NCBI GenBank assembly: GCA_046704725.1
Contig: JBJKRI010000006.1
Location: forward strand, 32,001-96,000
DNA from: Candidatus Woesearchaeota archaeon
Lineage (GTDB): Archaea > Nanobdellota > Nanobdellia > Woesearchaeales > SKIA01
Reading direction: 5' to 3'
Length of the DNA: 64,000 nucleotides
The position numbers and the translations under genes are program-made. Positions 1-9,709 of this stretch are shown here, piece after piece. The first letter of the stretch is position 1. Each line of letters opens with the position of its first letter. Under the pieces are notes generated by a model that saw only the letters and a program-made list of their open reading frames with translations, was not told the origin of the DNA and made no database searches.

Positions 1-138
1 ACGAGGCAATTCCCTCGCAGTCATCTCGCGGCGGCGCGTATCGCCGAACACCTCCCGCAATTGCTGACGGACCTGCGGCTCGAGCTGAGTATAGCCGAGC
101 ATGACGCCCCACGTCCGAGCAGGCCCGTTGCTACGCAT
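1..138 (-). CDS. 5' fragment of a hypothetical protein running off the window start
   Basis: Open frame from ATG at 138 (MRSNGPARTWGVMLGY...) to base 1; weak AT-rich box ~25 nt upstream. Confidence 0.35.
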   Translation of the reverse strand, partial: MRSNGPARTWGVMLGYTQLEPQVRQQLREVFGDTRRREMTARELPR

Positions 139-222
139 AAGGAGCGGTTTGCGACAGCGCTTTTATTGCTTGCGGTAGACGCCGCGCTAAAGCTTTAATA
201 ACGCTCTTGGCTTCAGGAAGAC

Positions 223-564
223 ATGCGATACGCGATGCTCGCGCTCGTCGTGCTCGGCGCGTTGGCCGCCTGCACTGCGCAGACGGTCACGCTCACCTAC
301 CAGCCGAAGCAATGCGACCAGACGCCATGGCAAGCGTGGTACGGCAACGGGAGCATACAGTTCGTGAAGGCGCCGACGGACGCGGAGCTCATCATCGCGT
401 ACTACGGCTCGAAGAACATCACTGTCGACGACGTCAAGCGCGTGGACAGCGGGAAGCTCGCGTGCCAGGCATGCCATGTCTGCGACACGACGTACTCGTT
501 CACGGTGCACGTCTCGCCGACGGACGCCGCGAGGCTCGAAGCGCTCAACTGGACGCGCGGATAG
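223..564 (+). CDS. Secreted/lipoprotein-like hypothetical protein with Cys cluster
   Basis: Signal peptide ending LAAC; QC..PW and CQACHVC motifs; TTTAATAA box ~25 nt upstream. Confidence 0.8.
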   Translation: MRYAMLALVVLGALAACTAQTVTLTYQPKQCDQTPWQAWYGNGSIQFVKAPTDAELIIAYYGSKNITVDDVKRVDSGKLACQACHVCDTTYSFTVHVSPTDAARLEALNWTRG

Positions 565-598
565 GTTTTTAAGGGCCTGACGGGTTTCGGCCTGCAAC

Positions 599-671
599 AG
601 CCCCGTGGTGTAGAGGCCAAGCATCGAAGCCTTTGGAGCTTTGGACCGCGGTTCGAATCCGCGCGGGGCTA
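599..671 (+). tRNA. tRNA-Gln(TTG)
   Basis: Cloverleaf: AGCCCCG/CGGGGCT acceptor stem, anticodon loop CTTTGGA, GGTTCGAATCC T arm, TATA at 566-573; no encoded CCA. Confidence 0.97.
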
Positions 672-780
672 TCGCGAATTTTGCTTGAATGGGCGAGGAA
701 TACGCAGATAAAACGCTAATCGCGCCCCGTTTTCGAGAAGCACCGAAAGTTTTAAGAGAGGACGATGACCACTCCAGACA

Positions 781-1185
781 ATGTATCCGGCGTTGCTCCT
801 GGAGGATCCATTATCGCCAGGGAGGTACGGCTCGCACCGTGTCGAAGAGATTCCTGCAGGAGCCGCTCCCGTACTCGATCCTGATGCTCCTTGCTATGGC
901 GCCTCGGCGTGGAACCACATCGACGATGCCATCCCCCTGTTGGAGCGTAGCGGACCTGCAGCGCTCGCAGAAGCGTATGATATCGCAAGAAAGAGGGGGG
1001 CCGCTTTCTTCAGCACGGCGCGCAACCCAGAGAGCGGGCGCGAAGAGGCCCATCTCCTCGCCTGGAACCAGCACGCGGTCCTAGACGGGATCAGGCGCAC
1101 CATACTTCGCGGCATCGACGGAAACGACGGACCATTTGCGCGCCGATTCGATTACGCCACTGGAAAGCTGGTCTGGGGAAACTAG
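781..1185 (+). CDS. Hypothetical protein
   Basis: 134-aa ORF with TTTTAAG box ~25-30 nt upstream; no recognised motif. Confidence 0.65.
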   Translation: MYPALLLEDPLSPGRYGSHRVEEIPAGAAPVLDPDAPCYGASAWNHIDDAIPLLERSGPAALAEAYDIARKRGAAFFSTARNPESGREEAHLLAWNQHAVLDGIRRTILRGIDGNDGPFARRFDYATGKLVWGN

Positions 1186-1269
1186 AGCACACCACGCGTT
1201 CGCCAAACACCGATTGCCCATAACGCATAAATAGCCCGGAATGCCCGCCCAGGGGATGGAGGGAGGATT

Positions 1270-2469
1270 GTGAACCTGTTCGTCGTCTCGTTCCTCCTAC
1301 TGACGTTCCTGCTCTTGTTCATCCTCGTCTCGTCCTACATCGACTATCGCAGGAAACGCAGACGGACGAAGACGCCCTCCGTCTCTTTCTTCGTGCCCTG
1401 CTACAACGACGGAGACAGCGTCGAGGACGCCATCCACAGCATCTACAAGTCCTACGACAAGAAACATATGGAGGTCATCGTCGTCGACGACAAGAGCACG
1501 GACGACTCGCTCAAGAAGCTCCGCTCGCTCAAGAGACGGCTCGCGTTCCGCCTCATCGAGCAGAAACGCAACACGGGCAAGGCGGCCGCTCTCAACAACG
1601 CGACCAAGCACGCGAGAGGGGAGGTGTTCTTCTTCGTTGACGCTGACGTGCGGCTCAACAAGGCCGCGGTGGACGACATCCTCGCCCGCATGGAGGAGGA
1701 ACGCGTCGTAGCGGCGAGCAGCCCGTACCGTCCCAAGCAGCAGGCGTTCTTGCCGCTCATGCAGGAGATGGAGTACAACTACCTCTCGTTCATGCAAGGC
1801 GCGCACAACATGTTCAGCACGGTGAGCGTGTGGGGCGGTTGTTTTGCCGTCGAGAAAGGACCGTTCAAACGAGTGCACGGCCTCTCCCCCAATGCAATCA
1901 TCGAGGACATGGACCTCGCGCTCAAGCTCAAGGAGGCCGGCTTTCGCGTCGAGCAGAGCTTCAAGCCCATCGACACGGTCGTGCCGGACAAAGTGCCGGT
2001 CTGGTACAAGCAGAAGATCCGCTGGAGCTCGGGGGCGGGGCAGGCGTTCGTCCGCCACCTCAAGACATTCCTGGAGAGCCCGCTCCACATAATCTTATGG
2101 GCATTGTTCTCCGTGCTCAGCCTCATAACCGCGGTGAACCTCATCACGCAAATAGCCTATATCGAGAGCATCTATGACGTGTTCCATCTCGTGCATCTCA
2201 CCACACCGCTCCTGTCGAGCGTGGACGTGGTGGGGCACGCGTACGGGACGCAGATCCTGCTCGACGCGTTGGCGAGCGTCGCCTTCGCCGTCTTCTCCAT
2301 ACCGTTCACCGTCCCGCTCATGGAGGGCTGGAAGGATGTCTACAAGGCGCTCTACGCGATACCCTACGCCCTGCTTTACTTCCCGATATTCACCGTGGTG
2401 TCGACGTACGGTTTCATCATCGGCCTGGCGAAATACAAGCGGCTCGAGAAGGCCAAGCGCGCCTGGTAA
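1270..2469 (+). CDS. Glycosyltransferase family 2, membrane-bound (PgaC/cellulose-synthase-like)
   Basis: VPCYN, DDKSTD, GKAAALN, DAD, EDMDL and QKIRW (QxxRW) motifs; C-terminal TM helices. Confidence 0.93.
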   Translation: MNLFVVSFLLLTFLLLFILVSSYIDYRRKRRRTKTPSVSFFVPCYNDGDSVEDAIHSIYKSYDKKHMEVIVVDDKSTDDSLKKLRSLKRRLAFRLIEQKRNTGKAAALNNATKHARGEVFFFVDADVRLNKAAVDDILARMEEERVVAASSPYRPKQQAFLPLMQEMEYNYLSFMQGAHNMFSTVSVWGGCFAVEKGPFKRVHGLSPNAIIEDMDLALKLKEAGFRVEQSFKPIDTVVPDKVPVWYKQKIRWSSGAGQAFVRHLKTFLESPLHIILWALFSVLSLITAVNLITQIAYIESIYDVFHLVHLTTPLLSSVDVVGHAYGTQILLDALASVAFAVFSIPFTVPLMEGWKDVYKALYAIPYALLYFPIFTVVSTYGFIIGLAKYKRLEKAKRAW

Positions 2470-2500
2470 GCTTAAATAGCACGTTCAGCGGAGAACACTC

Positions 2501-3532
2501 ATGGTCTTCGTGGAAGCGGTGCTGTTCGTCGTGGGGCTCGCACTGCTCTTGCAGGGGAGCGATTTTTTCGTGGAGGCGGCAAGCGACATCGCTACGCGTC
2601 TTGGCGTGTCGGAGTTCTTCATCGGACTGACCGTCGTGGCCATCGGCACGAGCATCCCCGAGCTCGCGGCGAGCATGACCGCGGCGGCGAGCAACGCGAG
2701 CGCATTGGTGGTGGGGAGCATCATCGGCAGCAACATCGCGAACATCGGGCTTGTCGTCGGTATCGGCGCGATCGCGATGGCCATCAAGACCGACCGGCGC
2801 ATGCTCGTGCGCGACGGGGCGATCATGCTGCTCGCGACCGGTCTGTTCTACATCGTCGCTCTCGACACGCGCATCACGCGCATCGAAGCGGGGATACTGC
2901 TATTGGTGTACTTCGCGTACCTCCTATTCTTGCTCAACGAGAACCCCAAGACCGAGGAGCGCGTCTCGCACATCGGATCGTTCGTGCGCTACTTCGTCGA
3001 GCTGCGCTACCTGCGCGACATCCAAGAGCGCGCCGTCCACGCCTTCAACGGCAAGAAGCACATTGACCGGGTCATGCTCCGCGACGGGGCCATCCTGGTC
3101 CTCTCGCTCGCCGCGATCATCTTCGGGGCGCGCGCGATGGTGCGCGAGGCGATCTACTTCGCCACGACGTTCGGCGTCGCGCAACAGCTCATCGGCATCA
3201 CCGTCGTCGCGATCGGCACGAGCGTGCCGGAGCTCGCGGTCACGTTCTCCGCGGCGAGGAAGCATCTCGGCAATATCGCTCTGGGCAACGTGATCGGCAG
3301 CAACATCGCCAACGTCTTGCTCGTCGCGGGAGGAGCCGCGCTCGTGCATCCGCTCGTCGTGTCGACAGCGACGCTCGCATTCAGCATCCCGTTCGCGATA
3401 TTCATCAGCCTCGTGCTCCTCTTGTTCCTGCGCACGAGCTGGAGGGTGCAGCGATCCGAAGGGGTGGCGCTCGTGTTCGTCTACGCGGCGTTCATCGCGC
3501 TGCTCGTCTTCCGGCCGGCGCTCGTCGGCTAG
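2501..3532 (+). CDS. Calcium/sodium antiporter (YrbG/CaCA family)
   Basis: Two alpha repeats GTSIPEL..GSNIANI and GTSVPEL..GSNIANV. Confidence 0.95.
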   Translation: MVFVEAVLFVVGLALLLQGSDFFVEAASDIATRLGVSEFFIGLTVVAIGTSIPELAASMTAAASNASALVVGSIIGSNIANIGLVVGIGAIAMAIKTDRRMLVRDGAIMLLATGLFYIVALDTRITRIEAGILLLVYFAYLLFLLNENPKTEERVSHIGSFVRYFVELRYLRDIQERAVHAFNGKKHIDRVMLRDGAILVLSLAAIIFGARAMVREAIYFATTFGVAQQLIGITVVAIGTSVPELAVTFSAARKHLGNIALGNVIGSNIANVLLVAGGAALVHPLVVSTATLAFSIPFAIFISLVLLLFLRTSWRVQRSEGVALVFVYAAFIALLVFRPALVG

Positions 3533-4092
3533 GTGAAGGCCGCTCCCTGGACTTGCATCCACGCGACGAACAGGAGCCAGCAGGCGAAGAGCAGGACCGC
3601 GAATACCGCGGTGGTGATGGCGACGACCGCGATGGAACGTCCCGTGCTCAGCTTCTCCACCTCCTTGACCGCGAACACGCCCACGACGAGCTGGTACAGG
3701 AGCGGCAGCCAGCCGATGATGGGGATGAAGGAGAGAACGCGCAGAGCGGTCGCGTAGCCGCGGGCGCGGAGCAGGCCGCGCACGCTCCCCCTGCCGCCGA
3801 AGCTGACCGCGAGCAGGTGGTACACGCCGCTCACCGCCCACAAAGAAACGACCGCGCCGATCGAGAACAGCACGCCAAGAATGAAGAGATTATAGAGCAG
3901 CCCGACAGCGGAGATGCCGTACCAGCGCGAAGCGGGGGACAGATCGCCGATGAAGAGGGACAACGCGACGGCCACGAGCATGGAGACGACGGCGATCCAT
4001 GTCGCGATAGTGGTGCTCCGGGGCCGCTTGGACAGACGGCGCATCGTCTTCTTGTCGAGGGCGAGCACGCGGAAGATGTCCTTGAAGAGCAT
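3529..4092 (-). CDS. Yip1-domain membrane protein
   Basis: Five hydrophobic helices; HLLAVSFGGRGS..LLRARGYA and KEVEKLSTGRS patterns. Confidence 0.8.
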   Translation of the reverse strand: MLFKDIFRVLALDKKTMRRLSKRPRSTTIATWIAVVSMLVAVALSLFIGDLSPASRWYGISAVGLLYNLFILGVLFSIGAVVSLWAVSGVYHLLAVSFGGRGSVRGLLRARGYATALRVLSFIPIIGWLPLLYQLVVGVFAVKEVEKLSTGRSIAVVAITTAVFAVLLFACWLLFVAWMQVQGAAFT

Positions 4093-4123
4093 TCGCGTGC
4101 CCCGGAGACCGCAGCATAAAAAG

Positions 4124-4648
4124 CTATTGCTGCGGGACCTCGCAGCGCTCGGACGTCGCGTTCCAATAGAGGGCGAAGAGCAGTATCCCGATGCTCAGGA
4201 TGGACAGCTCGATGCCGCCGAAGGGGAGGAAACCGACCCCTGCGGTGAGGCCGAGCAACGGGAGGATGCCGGTGGCGCACGACGGGCAGCCCGTGAGGGT
4301 GAGCCCCAAGAGGCTGCCCAGGCCGACCGTTCCCGCTCCGCGCACCCGCACGGCGCGCGCGACGATGAGCGCGACGTTGATACCAGTCAATACGCCCACG
4401 ATCGCGACAAAGACGGTCACGTACGAGGCTTGGCCGGTGAAGATGCCCACGATCAATCCACCGAGGACGTGCAGGGCGTATGAAGCGTCGCCGGAGAGCA
4501 TCGCGTTCCAGATGAAGGAGATGTTCGGAGCGAGCCCGACGAGCAGGAAGAAGACGACGGCGATCGCGGCGGCGATGAGCGATTGCCGCCAGCCCAGCTG
4601 CGCGCGCACGAAGCGCACGGTCTCCTTGACGTTCTCCGTGAAGCGCAT
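4124..4648 (-). CDS. Membrane protein with intramembrane CxxC motif
   Basis: Four-five TM segments; GCPSC and LPFGGIE motifs; downstream of DsbA. Confidence 0.8.
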   Translation of the reverse strand: MRFTENVKETVRFVRAQLGWRQSLIAAAIAVVFFLLVGLAPNISFIWNAMLSGDASYALHVLGGLIVGIFTGQASYVTVFVAIVGVLTGINVALIVARAVRVRGAGTVGLGSLLGLTLTGCPSCATGILPLLGLTAGVGFLPFGGIELSILSIGILLFALYWNATSERCEVPQQ

Positions 4649-4715
4649 GGTCCTCTCGTGCGATAAGATGCTTTACATATAGTATGTTAAAGAAGAAAAA
4701 AAGAAAGGTTGGCGC

Positions 4716-5444
4716 TCAGCTGCTGAGCGCCTGGTCGATGGCCGAGGTGAAGACCGAGGTCGGCTGCGCGCCCACGATCTTCTTGCCGTTGACGAAGAAG
4801 GTCGGCGTGCCTTGCACACCGGCCGCCTGTCCTGCGGCCTCGTCCGCCATCACCGTCTTCTTGACCGAACCATTAGTGTCGGCGTAGCACTTGTCGAACG
4901 CCGTGCCGCTCATGCCCGCCTGGATGGCCCAGGTGCGCAGGTTCGCGTCGGTCAGGCTCTGCTGGTTCGCGAAGATCAGGTCGTGCATCTTCCAGAATGC
5001 TGTATTGCCAGCGTTCTCGTAGACGCACTCGGCCGCGATCGCTGCCGGCAAGGCCCGCGGGTGCAGGCTCGTCAGCGGGAAGTCGCGGTACGCGAACAGG
5101 ATCTTGCCCGTGTCGATGTACTTGCTCTTTATCGTCGGGTAGGTGTTCGTCTCCCATTCCCCGCAGAAGGGGCATTGGAAGTCGCTGAACTCGATGACGG
5201 TGACTTTCGCGTTCTTGTTGCCGATGGTTGGATCATTGCCGATCGTCGGCGCCTGCGTCGGAGCTGCCTGTGTAGGCGCGGCTTGCGTCGGCGTCGGAGC
5301 GGCGTTGTTCCCGATCGTCGTCCCCTGACCGCCGGTCCACCACAATGTGGCGAAGACGGCGTTGAGGAGCAACGAGACGAGGAGCAATGCGCCCAGAACG
5401 ATCGTGGCGATCATCCACGGTCTCTCGGCTTTCTTGGTTGCCAT
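4716..5444 (-). CDS. Membrane-anchored DsbA/BdbD-family thiol-disulfide oxidoreductase
   Basis: N-terminal TM, PTQAA linker, EFSDFQCPFC active site, GVQGTPTFFVNG. Confidence 0.95.
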   Translation of the reverse strand: MATKKAERPWMIATIVLGALLLVSLLLNAVFATLWWTGGQGTTIGNNAAPTPTQAAPTQAAPTQAPTIGNDPTIGNKNAKVTVIEFSDFQCPFCGEWETNTYPTIKSKYIDTGKILFAYRDFPLTSLHPRALPAAIAAECVYENAGNTAFWKMHDLIFANQQSLTDANLRTWAIQAGMSGTAFDKCYADTNGSVKKTVMADEAAGQAAGVQGTPTFFVNGKKIVGAQPTSVFTSAIDQALSS

Positions 5445-5508
5445 AGGGTCGCTGAACGGCGGTCCGCTTAAGAACTTTGCGCGATAAATGCGTCATATAT
5501 ACGCGCTT

Positions 5509-5542
5509 TGAAACGCTTAATAAAGTTTATTTAACCGTTTCA
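5509..5542. promoter_or_regulatory. Imperfect inverted repeat, candidate operator upstream of dsbA
   Basis: TGAAACGCTTAATAAA-G-TTTATTTAACCGTTTCA in an AT-rich intergenic gap. Confidence 0.6.
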
Positions 5543-5565
5543 ACGTTTAATGAAGGGTGAATGGG

Positions 5566-6063
5566 TCAGAACGACAGATGGACCCTGAAGGAGCGGCCCT
5601 CGGGGGTGCGACGGACAAGACCCTGCTCCTCGAAGCCAGACAAGACCTGTGAGACGCGGCCCGGGGTGAGGTTGGTGCGATAGGCGAGCGTGGACTGGAG
5701 GATGCCGTCCTCCTTCATGACAGCGGACAGCAATGCGCGCTCCCCGGGGGCCATGACCTTGCCGAGCAGTTCGACCTGCTCCTCACGGCTGCGCTGGCGC
5801 GCGCGCTCTTTCGCGAGTAGCTCCGCGGTGTCGCGGTGGAAGACGAGGAAGTAGACGCCCATGCTGAGCACGGCGGAGACGAAGCCGACAGCGATATTGC
5901 TGTAGGACAAGGACTGGGTCGCTTGCATGCAGCCGGGCGTGTTCGCGACGCAACCCAGCACCTGCGCCTTGTGCGTGAGCGACTCGATCGTCGCGTACAA
6001 GATACCGCCGAAAGCGAGCGAGACACCGACAAGCAAGCCCCCCACAGTCCGTTTGGAAACCAT
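5566..6063 (-). CDS. Membrane-anchored winged-HTH transcription regulator (paralog 1)
   Basis: Two TM helices with a C-x6-C loop; C-terminal GILQSTLAYRTNLTPGRVSQVLSGFEEQGLV. Confidence 0.85.
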   Translation of the reverse strand: MVSKRTVGGLLVGVSLAFGGILYATIESLTHKAQVLGCVANTPGCMQATQSLSYSNIAVGFVSAVLSMGVYFLVFHRDTAELLAKERARQRSREEQVELLGKVMAPGERALLSAVMKEDGILQSTLAYRTNLTPGRVSQVLSGFEEQGLVRRTPEGRSFRVHLSF

Positions 6064-6074
6064 CCAACATCAAG

Positions 6075-6398
6075 ATGCGCGTCGCACTTTATGAGTGTTA
6101 TGGACCAAAGCCTGAAATAGACGTGCGGGACCGGAAACGCATGGCCTGGAACGCGGCGAAATCCCTCATTCTCAACGCCTTTTTTCCGGGAGTTGGAACC
6201 CTGCTCGGCGGACGCACCATAACCGGCTCGTTGCAGGTCCTCGGCCTGGTGATGGGCATCGTCGTCATCCTCGCAGGTCACGCAGCACAGAACGTGCTCA
6301 CAATCGTCTACGGCGTGGCTCTGGTCGTGCTGGTGTGGCTGTGGGCGATCGGGACCGGCGTGCGGATGGTGACAGCTAATGCACGGGCATCGCATTGA
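6075..6398 (+). CDS. Small membrane protein
   Basis: ILNAFFPGVGTL plus two more hydrophobic segments; start could be the ATG at 6141. Confidence 0.7.
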   Translation: MRVALYECYGPKPEIDVRDRKRMAWNAAKSLILNAFFPGVGTLLGGRTITGSLQVLGLVMGIVVILAGHAAQNVLTIVYGVALVVLVWLWAIGTGVRMVTANARASH

Positions 6399-6732
6399 GT
6401 TCCGCAATACAATGATGATGCAGCTTGCGAGGGACTCGCGTGTACCCGGGAGCAACGCTCATTTTACTGCGAGGAGAGTCAATCCTGCAATGACGGCCCA
6501 GATAACCTCCCTCAATCGCCATCACCCGCGCGTGCAACTCTTGCAGAGACGACGAATGAGCGAGCGAAAGCCCACGGAGCGTCGCAACGTATTCCTGCTG
6601 ACCATCCAGTTGCGCGCTCGCTCGGGAGACAACAATCGGCGCCCGCAGTTCATCCTCGGGCTGGAAGCGATAGACTTCTTCCCCAACGACGGCGAAGCCC
6701 TCCCTTGAGACTACAAGGTCTAACCCCCACAT
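6376..6732 (-). CDS. Hypothetical protein
   Basis: ORF filling the gap; TATATA ~25-30 nt upstream of ATG 6732. Confidence 0.5.
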   Translation of the reverse strand: MWGLDLVVSREGFAVVGEEVYRFQPEDELRAPIVVSRASAQLDGQQEYVATLRGLSLAHSSSLQELHARVMAIEGGYLGRHCRIDSPRSKMSVAPGYTRVPRKLHHHCIAELNAMPVH

Positions 6733-6763
6733 GGACGGCAATCAACCACGGTCGCATATATAC

Positions 6764-8992
6764 TTATCGCAAGCGGAGGCTGTTAAGGACAACAGACAGC
6801 GACGAGAAGGCCATCGCCGCCGCGGCGACGCCGGGCGAGAGCAAGAGACCGATCGACGGGTACAGGACTCCCGCGGCGAGCGGGATGGCGATGATATTGT
6901 ATCCGAAGGCCCAGCCGAGGTTCTGCTTGACGATCATCATGGTGCGCCTGGCGTGCGACAATGCTGACGGGACGTCGCGGATGTCGTCGCGCACCAATAC
7001 AACTTCGCCCGCCTCCCGCGCGGCGTCCGTGCCGCCGCCAAGAGCGATGCCGACGTCGGCCTGCGCCAGGGCGGGAGCGTCGTTGACGCCGTCACCCACC
7101 ATGGCGACCGCGCGGCGCTTCTGCAGCTTGCGTAGCTCGTCGAGCTTGTCTTTTGGCGAGAGCTTCGCGCGTACGACCGAGACGCCGAGGGTCTTGGCGA
7201 CCGCGGCGGCGGTCTGCTCGTTGTCGCCCGTGAGCATGACCGTCTGGATGCGTGCGGAAGACAATGCCTTGATGCCATCCTTGGCGGACGGCTTGACGGG
7301 GTCTGCGACGCCGATGAGCGCCGCGAGGCTTCCGTCGACAGCGACGACGACAGGCGTGTATCCCTTGTCAGTGAGCGCGGGGATGCGCTCGCGCAGGTCG
7401 TAGATGCCCACGCCTTCCTCTTTGATGAAGTCGAGCGAGCCCACAAGCACCTTGCGGCCCTGGACCTTGCCACGCACGCCTTTTCCTTCGACGTTCGTGA
7501 AGTCGCGCGGATCGCCATAGCCGATATTCTTAAGCTCGGCGTACTGCACGATGGCCTGTGCGAGCGGATGCTCCGAACCGCTCTCCAGGGACGCGGCGTA
7601 GCGGAAGACCGCGGCCTCGCCGAGCTGGTGATACGTGCGGACAAAGACCACTGACGGCTCTCCCTTGGTGAGGGTGCCAGTCTTGTCGAAGGCGACCATG
7701 CGCACGTCCGCCGCCTTCTGGATGGCGACGGCGTTGCGGAAGAGGACGCCCTTCTTCGCGGCGGAACCGGTGGAGACCATGATGGCGACGGGCGTCGCCA
7801 GGCCGAGGGCGCACGGACAGCTGATGACCAGTACGCTCACACCAAGCATGACGGCAAAAGAGAGCGGGACGTTGAAGGCCAGCAGCCAGAGCAGGAAGGT
7901 GAGGACCGCAAGACCGATCACGGCGGGAACAAATACCGCCGCGACCCGGTCGGCGAGCCGCTGGACGGGCGCCTTGCTGCGCTGCGCCTCCTCGACGAGC
8001 CGCACGATGCGGGACGCCGCGGTGTCAGAGCCGACGTTCGTGGCCCGCATCAAGAACATGCCAGTCTTGTTGAGCGTTCCCGCGAAGACCTCCTCATGGA
8101 TGGTGCGCTTGACCGGAACGGACTCGCCGGTGAGCATGCTCTCGTTGATACGCGTTGAGCCGACGGTGATGATGCCGTCGACGGGAATCCGGTCGCCCGG
8201 CTTGACCTTGAGGATGTCTCCCTCCTTGATGTCGCTGACGAGCACCTCGGTCTCCTTCTTACCGTCCATGCGGCGGGCTTTTTCCGGAGCGAGATGCAAG
8301 AGCGCGTCGAGCTGTCCCTTGGTCGTGCCGCGCGCCTTGGCCTCAAGATACCGTCCGACGAGGATGAAGGCGATGATGAGCGCCGTGCTGTCGAAATACC
8401 ACGCGCCGCCGGTCAAAAGACCATAGACGCTGTACAGGAAGCTGACCGCGGATCCCAAGGCGATGAGCGTGTCCATGTTCGCGCTCTTCATGCGCAGCGC
8501 ACCAAGGACTCCCTGACGGTAGATGTCGCGCCCCGCCCAGATCGCCGTGGCGGCGAGCACGAGCTCGACGATACCAATAGCGAGGACGTGCGGAACGGGA
8601 ACACCGAACAATGGCAGCAACGAGAGGATAAGGAGCGGCAGGGCAGCGCCGGCGGCGAGCCACATGGCACTCTCGGCTCCGGCATGCTCGTGCATGTGGT
8701 CGTGCCCTTGCATCTTGCCAGGATCGTGATGCTTCATATCCGCATGGTCAACATGATCGTGCGCCCCTTTGGGCTTCGTCGGATCGTGGATGCTCGCGGA
8801 GTAGCCGGTCTTGGCGACCAGGGCGACAAGGTCTTCCTCGGACACTCGCGGGGTGTGCGAGACCTCCGCTGTGGCGCTCGCGTAATGGACGGTCGCGGAA
8901 TGGATGCCGGCTTGTTTTTCCAAGAAGCCCTGCACGGTGTTCGCGCACGAGGCGCAGTGCATCCCATGGATGTCGAGGAGCGTCTTAGGCAT
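6764..8992 (-). CDS. copA: Copper-translocating P1B-type ATPase
   Basis: GMHCASC HMA domain, His/Met-rich linker, TGES, CPC, DKTGT, SEHPL, GDGVND, YN and MAFSS motifs. Confidence 0.97.
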   Translation of the reverse strand: MPKTLLDIHGMHCASCANTVQGFLEKQAGIHSATVHYASATAEVSHTPRVSEEDLVALVAKTGYSASIHDPTKPKGAHDHVDHADMKHHDPGKMQGHDHMHEHAGAESAMWLAAGAALPLLILSLLPLFGVPVPHVLAIGIVELVLAATAIWAGRDIYRQGVLGALRMKSANMDTLIALGSAVSFLYSVYGLLTGGAWYFDSTALIIAFILVGRYLEAKARGTTKGQLDALLHLAPEKARRMDGKKETEVLVSDIKEGDILKVKPGDRIPVDGIITVGSTRINESMLTGESVPVKRTIHEEVFAGTLNKTGMFLMRATNVGSDTAASRIVRLVEEAQRSKAPVQRLADRVAAVFVPAVIGLAVLTFLLWLLAFNVPLSFAVMLGVSVLVISCPCALGLATPVAIMVSTGSAAKKGVLFRNAVAIQKAADVRMVAFDKTGTLTKGEPSVVFVRTYHQLGEAAVFRYAASLESGSEHPLAQAIVQYAELKNIGYGDPRDFTNVEGKGVRGKVQGRKVLVGSLDFIKEEGVGIYDLRERIPALTDKGYTPVVVAVDGSLAALIGVADPVKPSAKDGIKALSSARIQTVMLTGDNEQTAAAVAKTLGVSVVRAKLSPKDKLDELRKLQKRRAVAMVGDGVNDAPALAQADVGIALGGGTDAAREAGEVVLVRDDIRDVPSALSHARRTMMIVKQNLGWAFGYNIIAIPLAAGVLYPSIGLLLSPGVAAAAMAFSSLSVVLNSLRLR

Positions 8993-9293
8993 TGGCGGCC
9001 TCCAGGTCGAGGATGCTCCACAACGGCTCGACCCGCGCCTCATCGAGAGCGTAGATGCGGTACTGCCCGTCCTTATGGGACCGGACGATGCCGTGGCTCT
9101 CGAGCTGCTTGAGCGCGTGGCTGAGCGCGGACTGCTCGATACCGATCTCCTCTGCGAGCGCGGTCACGTTCTTGGGCCCGCGGCGCAGCGCCAGGACCAC
9201 GGACAAACGATTGGTGTTCCCGAGCGCGCTGAAAAAACCCGCGTGACGCTCACACGCGCAGTGCTCGCACGTGCATCCATCATGATGAGACAT
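8985..9293 (-). CDS. ArsR/SmtB metalloregulator
   Basis: FSALGNTNRL...EQSALSHALKQL wHTH; N-terminal HHDGCTCEHCAC; overlaps the copA start. Confidence 0.93.
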   Translation of the reverse strand: MSHHDGCTCEHCACERHAGFFSALGNTNRLSVVLALRRGPKNVTALAEEIGIEQSALSHALKQLESHGIVRSHKDGQYRIYALDEARVEPLWSILDLEAANA

Positions 9294-9311
9294 ATGAAAA
9301 AAAATTCATAT
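9292..9311. promoter_or_regulatory. ArsR/SmtB-type operator overlapping the arsR start
   Basis: Perfect arms ATATGAA-N6-TTCATAT between the TATA box (~9315-9322) and the ATG. Confidence 0.8.
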
Positions 9312-9337
9312 ACAGTTTATATTGTTTACTGTCCCCA

Positions 9338-9709
9338 TCAAGACACATCCTTCACCGCGAGATACGCGTTGCTGCCTCCCGACAGCGTGTAGACCTGTGT
9401 GTATCCATCGAGCAGCAGGCGCTGCGCAGCATCCTCGCTCATCGCGCCGCCCTTACAGTACAAGACGACGGGCGCGTCCTTGTCGGGGGCCGCTGCCTCG
9501 ATGGCGGCGATATCCGTGAACGCGATGTCATCGTCCGTGCCCGGAAGATCCTGCATGCGCGGGACGTGCACGTTGATGACCGTCGCGTCAGGCTGCGCGG
9601 CGAGCGCGTCGAACCGGTCGGGCCCGATGCGCGTCGCCTGCGAGGAAGCCACCGCGCTGCAGCCAGCCATCACGACGAGGAGCGCGAGCGCGAACCGGAC
9701 GCTCAGCAA
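9338..9709 (-). CDS. Exported rhodanese-domain protein
   Basis: Signal ending MAGC; VVLYCKGGAMS active-site loop; LSGG; TTG start behind an SD-like sequence. Confidence 0.85.
   Translation of the reverse strand: MLSVRFALALLVVMAGCSAVASSQATRIGPDRFDALAAQPDATVINVHVPRMQDLPGTDDDIAFTDIAAIEAAAPDKDAPVVLYCKGGAMSEDAAQRLLLDGYTQVYTLSGGSNAYLAVKDVS

Noticed and set aside
463-477. CQACH as a heme c binding motif
   Set aside because: It is part of a CxxCxxC cluster with another upstream Cys, and no cytochrome c maturation genes are visible; disulfides or metal binding are more likely
5255-5305. Short tandem repeat in dsbA
   Set aside because: Encodes an ordinary PTQAA linker
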